From: Chiloscyllium plagiosum
Taxonomy: Eukaryota
Length of the DNA stretch: 63,907 bases
Direction of reading: 5' to 3'
Assembly: GCF_004010195.1 (NCBI RefSeq)
Contig: NC_057755.1
Coordinates: 9,676,202 to 9,740,108 of the forward strand
Shown here: positions 48,850 through 61,000 of the stretch, in pieces
Layout of the letters: every line of letters begins with the position of its first letter
Position numbering within the stretch: the first letter of the stretch is position 1
The notes under the pieces: model-generated
Databases searched by the model: none
Seen by the model: only the letters and a program-made list of their open reading frames with translations
Told to the model about the DNA's origin: nothing
Translations under genes and position numbers: made by a program

Positions 48850-51800
48850 CCAAATGTAGAGTACACTTCAGCAGGCAGAGCCCACACCAAAACGCAGAGT
48901 CCACTCCAACAGGCATCAAATGCTCACTTCCCAGCGTCCATACAGGGCTTCAAAACTTTGCAGAGGACTCGTCCACCTCTAGAGGCCCAAATCTACTCAC
49001 AGAGGAAGGGTTTATCTGGAAAGATGCAGTTGACTCAATGGCTTATTCCAAACACCAAAAAGTGAATGTACAAGCAAAAAAAACACAAGGAAGTGAAATT
49101 ACAGAAAAACAGCGTGCAAGGGCTAAACTCGACCACAAAATTAGTGTAGTTCTTTCCTCAAAATAAATCAGAGTGCCACACGGTCTGTAACCAGCCAGTT
49201 AAACAACATTTCCCTCATGAGAACTGAAATACATTTGTAACACACTGACTGTAAAGATCAGCCATCTCAGGAATCAGTTTTAATAAAGGAACAACAGGAA
49301 AACGCATAGTGTGAAAATCAGCTATTTCAGGAATTAGTTCCCCAACAACAAAAACAAACCAACTGCAGCACACGTGGGCTATATGGCCAGCCAACTCGGA
49401 GTCAGTCCCCCTGAACTGACTAGGGTTGAATTCTCCATCTTATGTTATTTTCAGCCAGTTGTCAAGTGAGGAGCATCTAATCTATTTTTATTTGCTAAAA
49501 AAACAACAAAGCAATAAAACAACAACAGCAGTTCACAAAAAAAACTAATTACAGGGAGGATGCAGCAAGGCCAAACACTGCTCTGTGAACAGGGAAAGGA
49601 GGGAAATCCTCAAATCCCAACTTCAGTCATCAAAAAAAAAGAAAACTAAAGTAAAAACACAGAGAAGACAGTTCAATCCAATGAAAAAACAATGCATAGA
49701 ACATTATACCCCGCAGCAACCCAGCAAGCCACAGATCCCTCCCACCTTTTAGCCCCTCAAAGTTACCCTCCCATATGCTCCTTCCAGTTCTCAGTTGCTC
49801 CAAGTGCTTTCTGGCTTCTGAATCCATCCTTGTGCACCTTCCGGCCTGTGCACTGCTCTGACATTCCAGCCACCTGTAGAACAGGCCGCCCCCCTCCCTG
49901 AGGTGACAGCGCACAGGGAAGCCCACACGCCTTCTGACTCTGAGTCACCCCAACACACTTTCCAGCCACCTCTAGGGCCGCTGTCCCACCCTTTCCTCGG
50001 GACGACAGTGCTCAGGATGACCTACACACTTTCCAGCTGTCGTGGCAACCAACATCAGAATGGCCTCCTCACCTTCTGGTTCACAGGACGGACTACCCAC
50101 CCTGCGGCTCTCGGGGTCACAGCTTTCGAGACGAGCTATGGGCCTCCCAGCTCATGGTAAAGCCTGCCTGACCCAGGGACACACAAGACCTTTTTTTGCT
50201 GCTATGCAGAGTCCATTGGCAGACAGAATCCACAACCAAAGGCAGAATCCACTCCAGTATGCACTGTCCACTCCTGATGGTAGCAAATTCATACCCAACA
50301 ACACATACAGGTGTTTAGTCTCCACAGAGGCCTGATACATCCACAGAGGACGAGGCCCACTCACTGAAATACATGTCATTGTAAAGGTGCAGTTAATTCA
50401 TAGGTACTCAGTCCACTCCAGCAAATGCTAACCTCCCAGCATAGAGTGTTTAGAGGCCTAGTCCATGCACAGAGGTCCAGGCCTAACTACAGAGGAACAT
50501 TATATCTGGGAAAATGCAGCTGACACACACGGGCTCAGTCCAAACACCAAAACGTGAAAATACATGCAAAGAAAAAGTGCAGACAATAAAAAACAGAGTT
50601 TAAGGGCTAAGCCCTGCCACAAAAGCAGCAGAGTCCTTTTTTTTTTCAAAATAAAAAGAGGCTGTAACTATCCAGTGAAATAATAGTTTCCTAATAAGAG
50701 CTGAAATGCACCTGTAGCACATCGGCACAGTCAGTCAGTCAGCCAGCCAGTTTAGCAATCAGATCCCCAAAATCAAAACCAACAACAGTACACACTGACT
50801 GTGCCATCCAGTTCATTGTCAGTCAGTTGTCAACTGAGGAGAATCTAATCTCCTGTTCTTTTAATTTTATGAAACGGTTAAAAAAGGACAATCATTTCAC
50901 AATAAACAAGTAGCAGTTCACAAAAAACATCACTCTTTACAAGGGAACGGGCAGCAAGACCATAACCTATACCTCATCATTTAATTAGTTAACAGGGAAA
51001 TGAGGGCGAACTTCAAATCCCATCAGCCATCAAAAAGGAAACAGCATCAAACACTGACAAGACAGTCCAATCCAATGAAAAACAGTACATAGACCACAGA
51101 CCCCAACAACCCCGACCCCTCCCTATTCTGCCCACTCGAAGGTAGCCCACCCTACTTGCCTTCTGGCTGTTAACCCGTGCCCCTTCTGGATTCCCAATTC
51201 ACCTCTACACACCATCTGGTTCTTACCCACCTCGATGTGTCATTTACCCTGTGGACTGCCACCACCTGGTCACCTTTAGGACAGCCAACCTCACCCTTTT
51301 CTCGATACAAAAGCGCTCAGGACCACTTGCCAACCTTTCAGCTCTCGGGGCGGCCAGAATCAGGATGCCTACCCACCTTCCAGCTATTGGGACAGCCTGC
51401 TCACCTTCCTGTTCACAGGATGGCTCTTCACCTGCCAGCAGTCGGGATGATCTATGAACCTGCCAAAATAGGCCTGCCAGAGAAAGGGACACCAAAACAG
51501 TGCAGGTGATAAAACCAAAAAGCTAAAAAAAAGCAGTCAATTACCAAATTCCGAGTCCCCTCTGGTATGCAGAGTCCATTACCAACCACAAGAGTTCACT
51601 TCAGAATGCAGAGTCAATTAACAGTAACAGACTCCACTGCAATATGCAGAGTCCATTGCCAGAAAGAGAGTCCACAAACAAAGGCAGAGCCCATTCCTGA
51701 AGGTTGCAAATGCACACGCCACAACACACATGCAGGTGCTCCGTTTCCGTGGAGACCTGGTCCATTCACAGAGGACTAGGCCCGCTCACATTAATGCAGT

Positions 51801-54560
51801 CCATTACAAATTGTGCCCACTCCAAACAATCAGGGTCCACTCCAGGATGCAGCAAATGCTGTCCATCCAGCACACACACACCTATTCAGTCTTTACCGAT
51901 GCCTAGTCTAAGAACAGAGGACCAGGCCTCTCTACAACACAACAGTTCATCTGGAAAGGTGAATTATCTAACAGGGGCTTAGTCTGAACACCTAAACAAG
52001 TGAAAATACGCAAAAACCAGAGTGCAAGGGCTAAGCCCTGCTACAAAATCATTATGGAATTTCTCAAGGTAAAGGAAAAGAGTAACACAGGCTGGAAACC
52101 ATCGTAAAATAACAGTTCCGTAATGCGAATTGAATTACACCTGTAACACATTTACTCTTCAGGTCAGCCAGTATAGAACTCAGTCCTCACTTAAAAAAGG
52201 AATACCAGTTAACAAACTGGACAGGTAGACCAGCCAATTCAGGAATAGTGTCCCCCAAAACAGAAGCCAACAACAGTACCCACTGGCTGTAGCCAGACAT
52301 CGTGAAGTCAATACCCCTGCACTGAAGTGATTCTAAATCTCCATAGAATACTTTTTTCTGAGTCAGTTGTCAACTGAGGACAATCTAATCTTTTGTTTTT
52401 AGATGTAAACTTGTTTTAATATTTTGGTAAACAATAAGTTAACCATGAAAAGCAGTTTATAAGAAATAGCAATTTACAGGGCAGGACAGCAAAGCCAAAC
52501 ACGCAAACCCCATCATACACAGGGAAAAGAGAAAGAACCTCAAATCCCATTTTATTATGTCAAAAATGTAAAAGCAATCACATACAGACAATCCAATAAG
52601 CCGAACAATAAAACAGAGCATATATCACAGACACCCCTGTCAACCCAAGCAAACTACCCATCCCTTCCACCTTCCAGCCACTCAAAGGCAGCCCACGCCT
52701 TTGCTTTCTGGATCTTGGTCTGGCCCATGTCCCTTCTGGCTCTTGGGCCACCGTGACACACCATCCAGCCACCTCTAGGGCAGCCTCTCTTGTTTCACCA
52801 CCTGTCCCCCCCCCCTCCCCCATTTCAGTACAGCAACGATCAAGACGGTCTATCCACCTTCCATCTTCTCTAACCACCCTCCCAGCCACCTCAAAGGCAG
52901 CCCACTCGAGTACCTGCCTGGTGTGAGGGCACTAAGGTTGGATAATACCCCTTCCAGCTCTTTGTCTTCCCATGCATACTATTTGGCTTTCATCCACACT
53001 GACGTGCCATCCAGCCTGTGGACTGCCCTGACACACCTTTATTCCAACTCGAGGGCAGCCCATTCCTTTTCTTCGGACAACAGCACGTAGGACAGCCAAC
53101 AAGGCTTCCGGATATCAGTTGCCCCTATGCGCCTTCTGGCTGTTGGCTGCTCTGACATACCTTCCAGCCACCTCTAGGTCAACCCGTCCCAAACACCCCT
53201 TCTTCGGGACGACAGTATTTGGAACAGCCTACTCACCCTCTAGCTCTTGGGGCGACCAGCACCGGGGTGGCTTACCCACCTTCCGCTTTGGGGGCAGCCT
53301 ACTAACCTTCCAGTGCACAAGACTGTCAACTCACCCTCTGACTCTCGGGTTTACAGCTTTCTGGATAACATATAAGCCTCCGAGCTCAGAACAAAGCCTG
53401 GCAGGCACAGGGGCACACAAGACAGTGCAGGTAATAATTCCAGCAAGCAACAAGACAGAGCTAATTAGCAGCAAGCGGAATCCCTTCTGGTACAAAAAGC
53501 CCATTACGATACACCGTTCCCTTCAGAATGCAGGATTCATTCACAGGAACAAACTACACTGCAGAATGTAGAGTGCATTGTCAGAGATAGAATACAGAAC
53601 AAAAGGCAGAATCCACTCAAGTGGACAGAGTCCACTCCAGAAGCAAATGCGCACTCCACAGCACAAAGGAGTTCAGTCTCCATAGAGTCCTGGCTGATCA
53701 ATAGAGAACGAGGCCCACTCACAGGAACACAGTACATTGTAAAGGTGCAGTTAACTCATCTTTACAGGTTTCGTTCACTCCCAAGGCAGAGTCAACTCCC
53801 AAACTCCAGGATACAGCAAGTGCTCACCTCCCAGCACACACACAGATGTTCAGTTTGCAGAGGCCTTGTCCAAGGATCAAGCCTACCCACAAGAACAGCT
53901 CATCTGGTCAGATGTATTTTCTCATAAGGGCTCAGTCCAAACACCAAAACGTGGTGAAGACATATTCAAAAAACAAAGAAAACTAGTGTCCAAGGGCTAC
54001 ACCCTGCCACAAAATCAACATTGTCCTTTTCTCAAAGTAAAAGAGTAACACGCAAACTGTAACGAGCCGGTAAAACAACAATTCTGTAATGAGAACTGAG
54101 TTACTTCTGAAACACATTGATTGCGTGGATCAGGCAGTTTAGATATCAGTCCTCAATAATAAAGAAAAAGAATAGCAGTTAACAAAATTGGCTTTGTAAA
54201 CCAGCCAGCTCAGGAATCAGGTTTCCTCCAAAACAGCGGTGACACACTGACTGCAGCACCAGCCAGCACAGAGTCAGTCCCTTGAACTGAGGGGATTCTA
54301 ATCTATTGGTTATATTTTGTTTCTCTCGTTATTTTTTTCCCCTTTTTCTTTTTTCTTTCGTTTTCTGTTGCCCAGCCAGCACAGAGACAGTCCCCTAAAC
54401 TGAGGAGAATGTAAACCTCCTAGTTATCTCTCCAGCCAAGGCTTTCCTGATTGTCTCAGGTTAACAGTAAACACTGACTGTGACCCAGCCACAACAGAGT
54501 CAGTCCCCTAATCTAAGGAGTTTCCACGTATTCTGGTTATATCTATCAGCCAAGGACTTC
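48850..54560. repeat. Diverged tandem array, 3-4 units of ~1.45-1.95 kb, origin unknown
   Basis: Marker GGCTCAGTCCAAACACCAAAACGTG-like at ~49041, 50531, 51975, 53929; AAGGGCTAAGCCCTGCCACAAAA-like at ~49118, 50602, 52026, 53992. Confidence 0.85.
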
Positions 54561-55109
54561 CCGACGAGCACAAGTTAACAACCTGAAACAAGGAGCTGGT
54601 AGTCAATAAGATCAACCTGGTTCCAATCGCTAAACTGTTTAAATTCAGTCACGGGATCTGTCCATCACTAGCCAGGCCTGCATTTAATGTCCATCCCAGA
54701 AGGCAGTTAAGACTCAGCCATATTGCTGTGGGTCCGGAGTCACATTTGGCCAGACCAGGAAAAGACAGCAGTTTCCTCTTCCAATGAACATGGGTGAAAC
54801 AGATGGGCTGTTCCTGATATTTGACAGTGGATTTCAGATTTTCGCTGAATTAAAATTCCACTATTTTCAGTTTTTGTGCCTTTGTCCAGAGAATATTAAC
54901 TGGGTCTCTTGATTAACAGCAATAATCTCTCTGGGCCATCCCTCTCTAATAGTGAGTAGAGAGTCAAAAATCATTAGGACTACCAAAAGCGATCATATAA
55001 ACGTTTATCAGAAAGGCAATTTACTTATTACATCATTGTGGCTTTTGCATTTCAATCTCCAAATCGACAGCTGTTAAAGCTCTCTACAGAGTTACACAGT
55101 ACATAGACC

Positions 55110-55490
55110 TTGTGACAGAGTGGTAGTGTCCTATCTCTGAGCAAGGAGAACCTGGATCGATTCCCGTTTGCTGCAGGCAGTTTGATATAACACATTTGAG
55201 TGCGCTGATTATTGAGAAAATGTGTGCAGCATACAAATCTAGAGCCTTCGTGGTAGAGTCCCAAGCTTTGAATCAGGAGGTGTGAGTTGGAGTTCCTCTT
55301 GCTCCTGAACTGTGTAATAACATTACTGAACAGCTTGATATCTGATAAGCTGATGGGGTTCTGATTGTCCTACTGAGGTAGAAAGCTTTTATGTCGCAGT
55401 GGTGGTGTCCTTTCCTCTGAGCCGAGAGAGCTGGGTTATAGTTCTTTTGCTTCGGTCGTGCATAACAACATTTCTGATCAGGGTATGATA
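55110..55490 (+). repeat. Three tandem decayed tRNA-like SINE heads (~130-145 bp period); related copy on minus strand at ~43420-43500
   Basis: GTGGTAGTGTCC..CTCTGAGC...TAACA..TCTGA repeated at ~55119, 55249, 55399. Confidence 0.6.
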
Positions 55491-55569
55491 AGGAAACTGT
55501 ATAGGATGTAAATCTGGATAATAGAGAGAAATGTTGACAATAATACAAAAATGTTATTGTGATTCCTAG

Positions 55570-56617
55570 ATCCCAATTTGCAGCAACAGCAGGAACAGCT
55601 CCAGGAAACCAGCCCGACATCCCACAATGACAAGAGTCTCCAGGAATTCACTGGGCATGAGAGACGGGAATATTTCGGGGAGTATTCCCGAAGGGCAGAG
55701 CCTGGGGCAGATGCTCCTGGACACACGGAGGAGAGTCGAGATCCCTCCTGCTTGTGTTCTAACCTTTCTCACTGTGAGAGCGCCCTCTCCTCTCTTGGCT
55801 TCTTGCTCACACCTCAGTACGCCTCTGAGGGTAGTTCCCCAATGACGTTCACCCACTTCCTAACCAATCATGTCTTCAGGCCATTCATTGGTCAGGAAAA
55901 GAACTGCGTCCCACTTTTGCAGAAACTCTGTAAATTGGCCTACGAAGGACTTCATCGGGAGACCTCTGTCCTTCAAGAACCTTCCCGCCACCAGAGGCTC
56001 AGTCGATTGCAATTTCGATCCCACATCCCGGCTGAGATCTTGGAAAGGGAAGAATCTGCTAGCGGGGTCATGTATAGATTCCCCCACCCACTAGTACAAG
56101 GTTTCCTGGCGGCAGTGGATCAATTCCTGACCGCTGACCCCAGCAGTCTCCTCGTCGTCCTGGAGAGACATTCTGAAGGGAGAGATGCACGGTCCAGAGC
56201 ATTTCGGCAATGCCTCTTTGGTCTTTGCTCTCCCCCTCTATCCCGGCTGCTGGGCGAGCTCCTGGGTCCTGCCCCGCGTGAAACAATTAGTAGGTTAACA
56301 GCATTTTTGGAGTCGAGGGTCCGAGCGGGAATACAGAGCGTGAACCGTGAGCCAAACACAGCAGAGCTGCTGCAGACCCTGTGCGATATCTATGAAGCTC
56401 AGGACGAAGAGCTAGCCAAGAGGACAGTGGGTTCCGCCAAACAGCTGGCATTTGGAGGGTGGAACCCTGTAAAGCTGAGCCATATGGATTGTGTGGCTAT
56501 CGCCATCGTGTTACAGCTGTGTCCCTCAGTGGAAGACCTCAACCTCAATAGCTGTCACATTGGAGATGAAGGATTGTGTTGCTTAGTCCCTGTCCTCCAT
56601 CGGTGTAAAGTGCTGAG
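55570..56617 (+). CDS. NLR-like gene, large exon: HD1, winged-helix, HD2 and first LRR; NACHT P-loop core absent
   Basis: Acceptor TGATTCCTAG|AT; EFTGHERREYF, LQKLCKLAYEGL, YRFPHPLVQGFLAA, LLQTLCDIYEAQD, LSHMDCVAIAIVL, LNLNSCHIGDEGL; donor GAG|GTATAG phase 2. Confidence 0.92.
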
Positions 56618-56689
56618 GTATAGTGAACTGGTATCATTTCACAGATGGTGACACCAGAAGGGAGGGAGGGATAGATATTACTAAATCAC

Positions 56690-57330
56690 ACACTGCAGAT
56701 AGGACCTGTCGGCCTATCTATTCTATACCACCGAAACTATACGACTACTGACACTAATCCCACACTCCTGCACTGATGTTGATCGATCTGACATTTCAAG
56801 TGCTTGTAAGGTGTAAGATCTCCCACCTCTACTCCCCTCCCAGGCAGTGCATTCCAAACCCGCGGGATGATTTGATTGCCCTCAAATCCCGTCCAACCAT
56901 TCCTGCCTTTAGTTGCCTCACCACCTCGACTCTTTGATGAAAGGAAATGGCTGCCTCTTACCCACTGTTTCTGTACCCCTGATGATCGTACACACCTGCC
57001 ATCAGAATCCTCCCCACTCTGCTCCAACCTGAGCTTATCCCAGCCTCCCCCTTCACTCCCTCACCATCGTCCAAAGGCTCCATCCCAGAGTAACATTCTG
57101 GTGAATCTCCCTCTGCATCCCATCCAGTACAGTCCCCTCTTCCCTCTTGCGCGGGGTTCAGGAACCACACACTGGACTCCAGCTGTGACCTGAAGTATAG
57201 TCTTTTTGCAGCTTCAACATCAGCTCCACGCCCTTACTGTCTGTACCACGACTGATAAAAGTTTGTGTTCCATGTGGCTTCTTATCACACTTTTAACCTA
57301 TCGTGTCCACCCTCAGGGATGTGTGGACAG
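56690..57330 (-). mobile_element. Degenerate CR1 3' fragment in NLR intron
   Basis: RVWNALPGRGVEVGDL on the minus strand. Confidence 0.7.
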
Positions 57331-57500
57331 GCGTCCAGTTTTGGGTGGGGCTGCGGTGGGGATGGCGGTGGAGAAATACCGCAGAATTGGTCAAGTGTCA
57401 AAGTGATACCTGGCACTTGATACCTGTTGCATCGAGATATGGTGATTTTTTTTATGATGGGTATTAATTAAATAATCGTCTCTTTCTATTGAACCTGCAG

Positions 57501-57587
57501 GCTAAACCAGAACAAGTTGAGTGATGCGTCTTCTGAAGGATTGTTTACTGCACTGACCAGGACAGAATGCAAAGTACATACCCTGGA
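57501..57587 (+). CDS. NLR-like gene, 87-bp LRR exon
   Basis: CTGCAG|G; LNQNKLSDASSEGLFTALTRTECKVHTLE; GA|GTAAGG; phase 2-2. Confidence 0.92.
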
Positions 57588-57744
57588 GTAAGGATATCTG
57601 ATCGAAACTAGATACTATGGAATTTCTCAATGGGAATCTGCAAAATGTCCTGGGGTCCCAGGTTCAAATCCTAGTCGATGGTGACATTTGCAATGAAATG
57701 ACAGAATTAAGATGTTAACAATGACAGTGTTGATATATAGAATT

Positions 57745-58492
57745 GCAACAAAAGGCCATTCGGCCAATGGGTCCGCACTGACCCACCGAACAGCATCCCA
57801 CCGACTCCCTCCACCTTATCCATAACACCTAGTGTTTCCTATGGCTGACACACAAACCCTGCACATCCCTGGACACTATGGGAAAATATAGAATGGCCAA
57901 ATCACCCTCGCCTACACACAACTAGGCACTATGGTACAATTTTACACGGCCAATCCAGCCTAACTGACACGTCCTTGGTCAATGTGGGAATATGTAACAC
58001 GGCCAATCCAACCTAATCTGCACATCCCTAGACACTATGGGACTATTTAGCATTGCCAAACAACTTGAACCTTCACATCCCTGGACACGATTGGGACAGT
58101 TTAACACGGTCAATGCATCCTGATCTGCACATCCCTGGGTACAATGGGACAATTTAACGTGACCAATCCACCCTAAGCTGCACATCCCAGAACACTACTG
58201 GACAATTTAACACTGTGAATCCACCCTAACCTACACATTCCGTTGAAGCTAGTGGACAACTTATCATATCCAATCATCCTCACCTGTACATCCCTGGGTA
58301 CTTGGAACAATTTAGCATGGCCACTCCAACCTAACCTGTACATCTTTGGACTGGGTGTGAAAACCAGACCAGATGGAAGAAACCTACGCAGACACTGGTA
58401 GAACGAGAAAATTCCACACAGACAGTCGCCTGAGAGTGGAATTGACCCCGGGTCACTGGCATTATCATACAGGAGTGTTAACCCCTGAACCA
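57745..58492 (-). mobile_element. HE1 SINE with 9-10 diverged internal ~53-bp tandem units
   Basis: Units start at ~57843, 57895, 57948, 58001, 58054, 58108, 58161, 58213, 58268, 58319; SINE head at ~58490. Confidence 0.88.
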
Positions 58493-58674
58493 TTCATTAT
58501 TAAAAACATCTGGTTCACTCATTTTACCGGTTTATGAAGAGTGCCGGTGGATGATGTGCGTTTAAAATGAAGTTTGCTCTTAAATAGGTACAACTGACTA
58601 TGTCGATGTAGGCCTGGCAAGATATTAATATATGTCTTCAGATAATTCATGGAGTGTGTGCTGGACTCTTGCAG

Positions 58675-58845
58675 GTTGTGGGGTAACCATTTGACTGACG
58701 TGTTTGCTGAACACTTTAAGTCAGCGCTCCATGTAAACCGCACGCTAGAAGTATTGGTTTTAAGTCACAACAGTCTGGGTGATTTGGGAGCCAGAGGATT
58801 GACAGCTGCCCTCATGGATCCTGGCTGCAAAATCAAAATATTGAG
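58675..58845 (+). CDS. NLR-like gene, 171-bp two-LRR exon
   Basis: TTGCAG|G; LWGNHLTDVFAEHFKSALHVNRTLEVLVLSHNSLGDLGARGLTAALMDPGCKIKILR; AG|GTACGT; the usual size of RI-type NLR LRR exons. Confidence 0.95.
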
Positions 58846-58899
58846 GTACGTGAATGCTGAACTCACCTCAGTAACAACCGACAACCATATTACCGTGGC

Positions 58900-59135
58900 G
58901 TGGAGAAGTAGAAGTTAAAATAGGGTCTGCCAGCTAGATCTCATAGCATGCGGGTTTCCTAATTGTGGGTGTTAATCCGGTCCAATCAGGGAGCACTGGC
59001 TGACATATCGTAAGTGTGAGTGTCAGTGATACTGACACCCTAGGACCTGAATCTTAATGAGGCAAGTCTAAAGTCATGAATTGTTCATGTAGAAATAAAG
59101 GGAGACTTGGGCTAATGGCCTCTAAGAATTATGTG
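58900..59135 (+). mobile_element. Probable short solo-LTR-like repeat
   Basis: CCAAT box (GGTCCAATCAGGGAGC), then AATAAAGGG near the end; resembles a common shark repeat (from recall). Confidence 0.35.
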
Positions 59136-59228
59136 AGAAACAATTTCCACTGTAGAATGGGTTAATTACATTTTAAGTTAGGAATAGCAATCCCTTAAAT
59201 TATTCTGTGGCTCTGTCACATTCTGCAG

Positions 59229-59396
59229 ATTGGATTGCAACGACCTAACTGACCACTGTGTGCAGGACATTGCTTTTTCCGTTGGTTTCAACTGGTCTTT
59301 GGAGGGGTTGGATTTGGACAGCAATTATTTCAGTGATACATCCATCCCTTCATTCATAAGTCTCATAAAAAAGAACACAGGATTGAAGTGGATCAG
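59229..59396 (+). CDS. NLR-like gene, 168-bp two-LRR exon
   Basis: CTGCAG|A; LDCNDLTDHCVQDIAFSVGFNWSLEGLDLDSNYFSDTSIPSFISLIKKNTGLKWIR; CAG|GTCGGT. Confidence 0.93.
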
Positions 59397-59639
59397 GTCG
59401 GTACCCAATCAGACTCTCATCATTATTCTGCGAGATCTTTATTTGTTGCTGACATCATTATGAAGGAATGCATCTGTGACAACTGAGCAAATTGTGTTAT
59501 TGGGCGATCACAGATACTTAAATGAAGTGTTTCAGCTCGATCATTTGCCTTAATAGCTCTGTGTTATATTATACAGTTCATTTCAATCTCTCTTTGTTTC
59601 GTTCCAACTTTACATTCAATGTTAACTTTCTCTTTACAG

Positions 59640-59727
59640 GTTGGCTGGTAACAAGTTTTCGTTATTTGGCAAAACCCAACTGGGGTCATTGCAACTATAC
59701 AGAAAAGGCTGTGAAGTGTGGGTGTGA
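59640..59727 (+). CDS. NLR-like gene, terminal coding exon
   Basis: CTTTCTCTTTACAG|G; LAGNKFSLFGKTQLGSLQLYRKGCEVWV*; TGA at 59725-59727. Confidence 0.9.
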
Positions 59728-59910
59728 CTTGTAAACTAATATGAGACTTGCAATGAACATGGACCAGTGCTCACAGGGCAAACATACTTCTGTATAAATC
59801 TGTAAAAATCTGTAAAGAATGCAAATGCAATGAACTGTGGCAATTATGTTTGTACTAAAGTCTGTTTGCATAACTATCTTACTTTATTTCCATAATCTAA
59901 TTCATTGCGA

Positions 59911-59916
59911 AATAAA
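59911..59916 (+). terminator. Polyadenylation signal of the NLR-like gene
   Basis: First AATAAA, ~185 bp after the stop codon. Confidence 0.6.
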
Positions 59917-60012
59917 CTGTGGAATTAAAACAACTATAGCTTAATGTATAAACAGCACTTTCAAAAAGAAAAATCACCAATTCCATGAATTTTTGGCGGA
60001 TTCCTAGGTGAA

Positions 60013-60166
60013 GTCTGACTGGTTCAATGTTTGCTGAGTTTTAATCATTTCCCTGTTACACTTTCCCTTACTTTACTCTTTTTAAACTCTGCTTGCTTTT
60101 AAGTTCGATCCCCAGGCGCACCCTGATCAAAGGTCAGCTGCAATGTGCCAGAAGACAACATGGGAT
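60013..60166 (-). repeat. Inverted partner of 41762-41916
   Basis: See partner feature. Confidence 0.85.
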
Positions 60167-60704
60167 ATCTAGTTGAAAACAATAAAGGTGGTGAATTAAA
60201 TGCTGGCTTTCATATCAACAGGACTGGTGTGTAAAAATGCAGACGTTACGCTACAATGATACAAGACTCAGGTTAAAACCCATTTGGGCACTGTGAGCAG
60301 ACCTCGGCCCCACACCTTAGGAAGGAGAAATTGGCCATGGAGGGAGTACGATGTTGGTTAACAAAAATGGCATCTGGACTGCACGGGTTAAGTTATGAGG
60401 ATAAATTGTACAAATCACGCAAGTCTTCAAAGATATTAACAGGAAAAGACGGTTCGATTAACTATTTCCACTGATTGGGGAATCTAGAAAAAGCAGTATA
60501 GTCTGGAAATTTGGGTCAGAGTGGCTTTGTGAATGTCCACGTTGTCTTTTATCTCATGGAGTGACACATTCTAGTGGCCTTCCTGCGCCGTGTCAGATGT
60601 GTATTTCTTGGAGAATTTGATCCTGTCTGCTGTTCAAAATATTATTTCTAAATTGTAGACCCTGTTCCCAGTCCAGATGAATCCAAAAAAAAATAAATGG
60701 AAAT

Positions 60705-60937
60705 ACACACACAGACACGCACACACACACACAAAGAGACACACACACACACAAACACTTTCAGTAATTTCGCTCTGCTAGTTTCTATTATTCATTACTC
60801 ATTCTCTCTCACTCACAAACACACAGACTACGCATACACTCTGTCTCTCATCCACGCGTGCACACACACACCATCAGCAATCTCACTTATAGTTTCCATC
60901 TTTAATCATACACTCTGCCGGTACCACTTACAAATAA

Positions 60938-60970
<33 letters not shown>

Positions 60971-61000
60971 CACACATACACACGCACACACACACACCTT
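60705..61000. repeat. Interrupted (CA)n microsatellites
   Basis: Direct inspection. Confidence 0.9.

Noticed and set aside
57843..58350. CRISPR-like periodic array
   Set aside because: Contiguous 53-bp units without unique spacers, inside a eukaryotic SINE.
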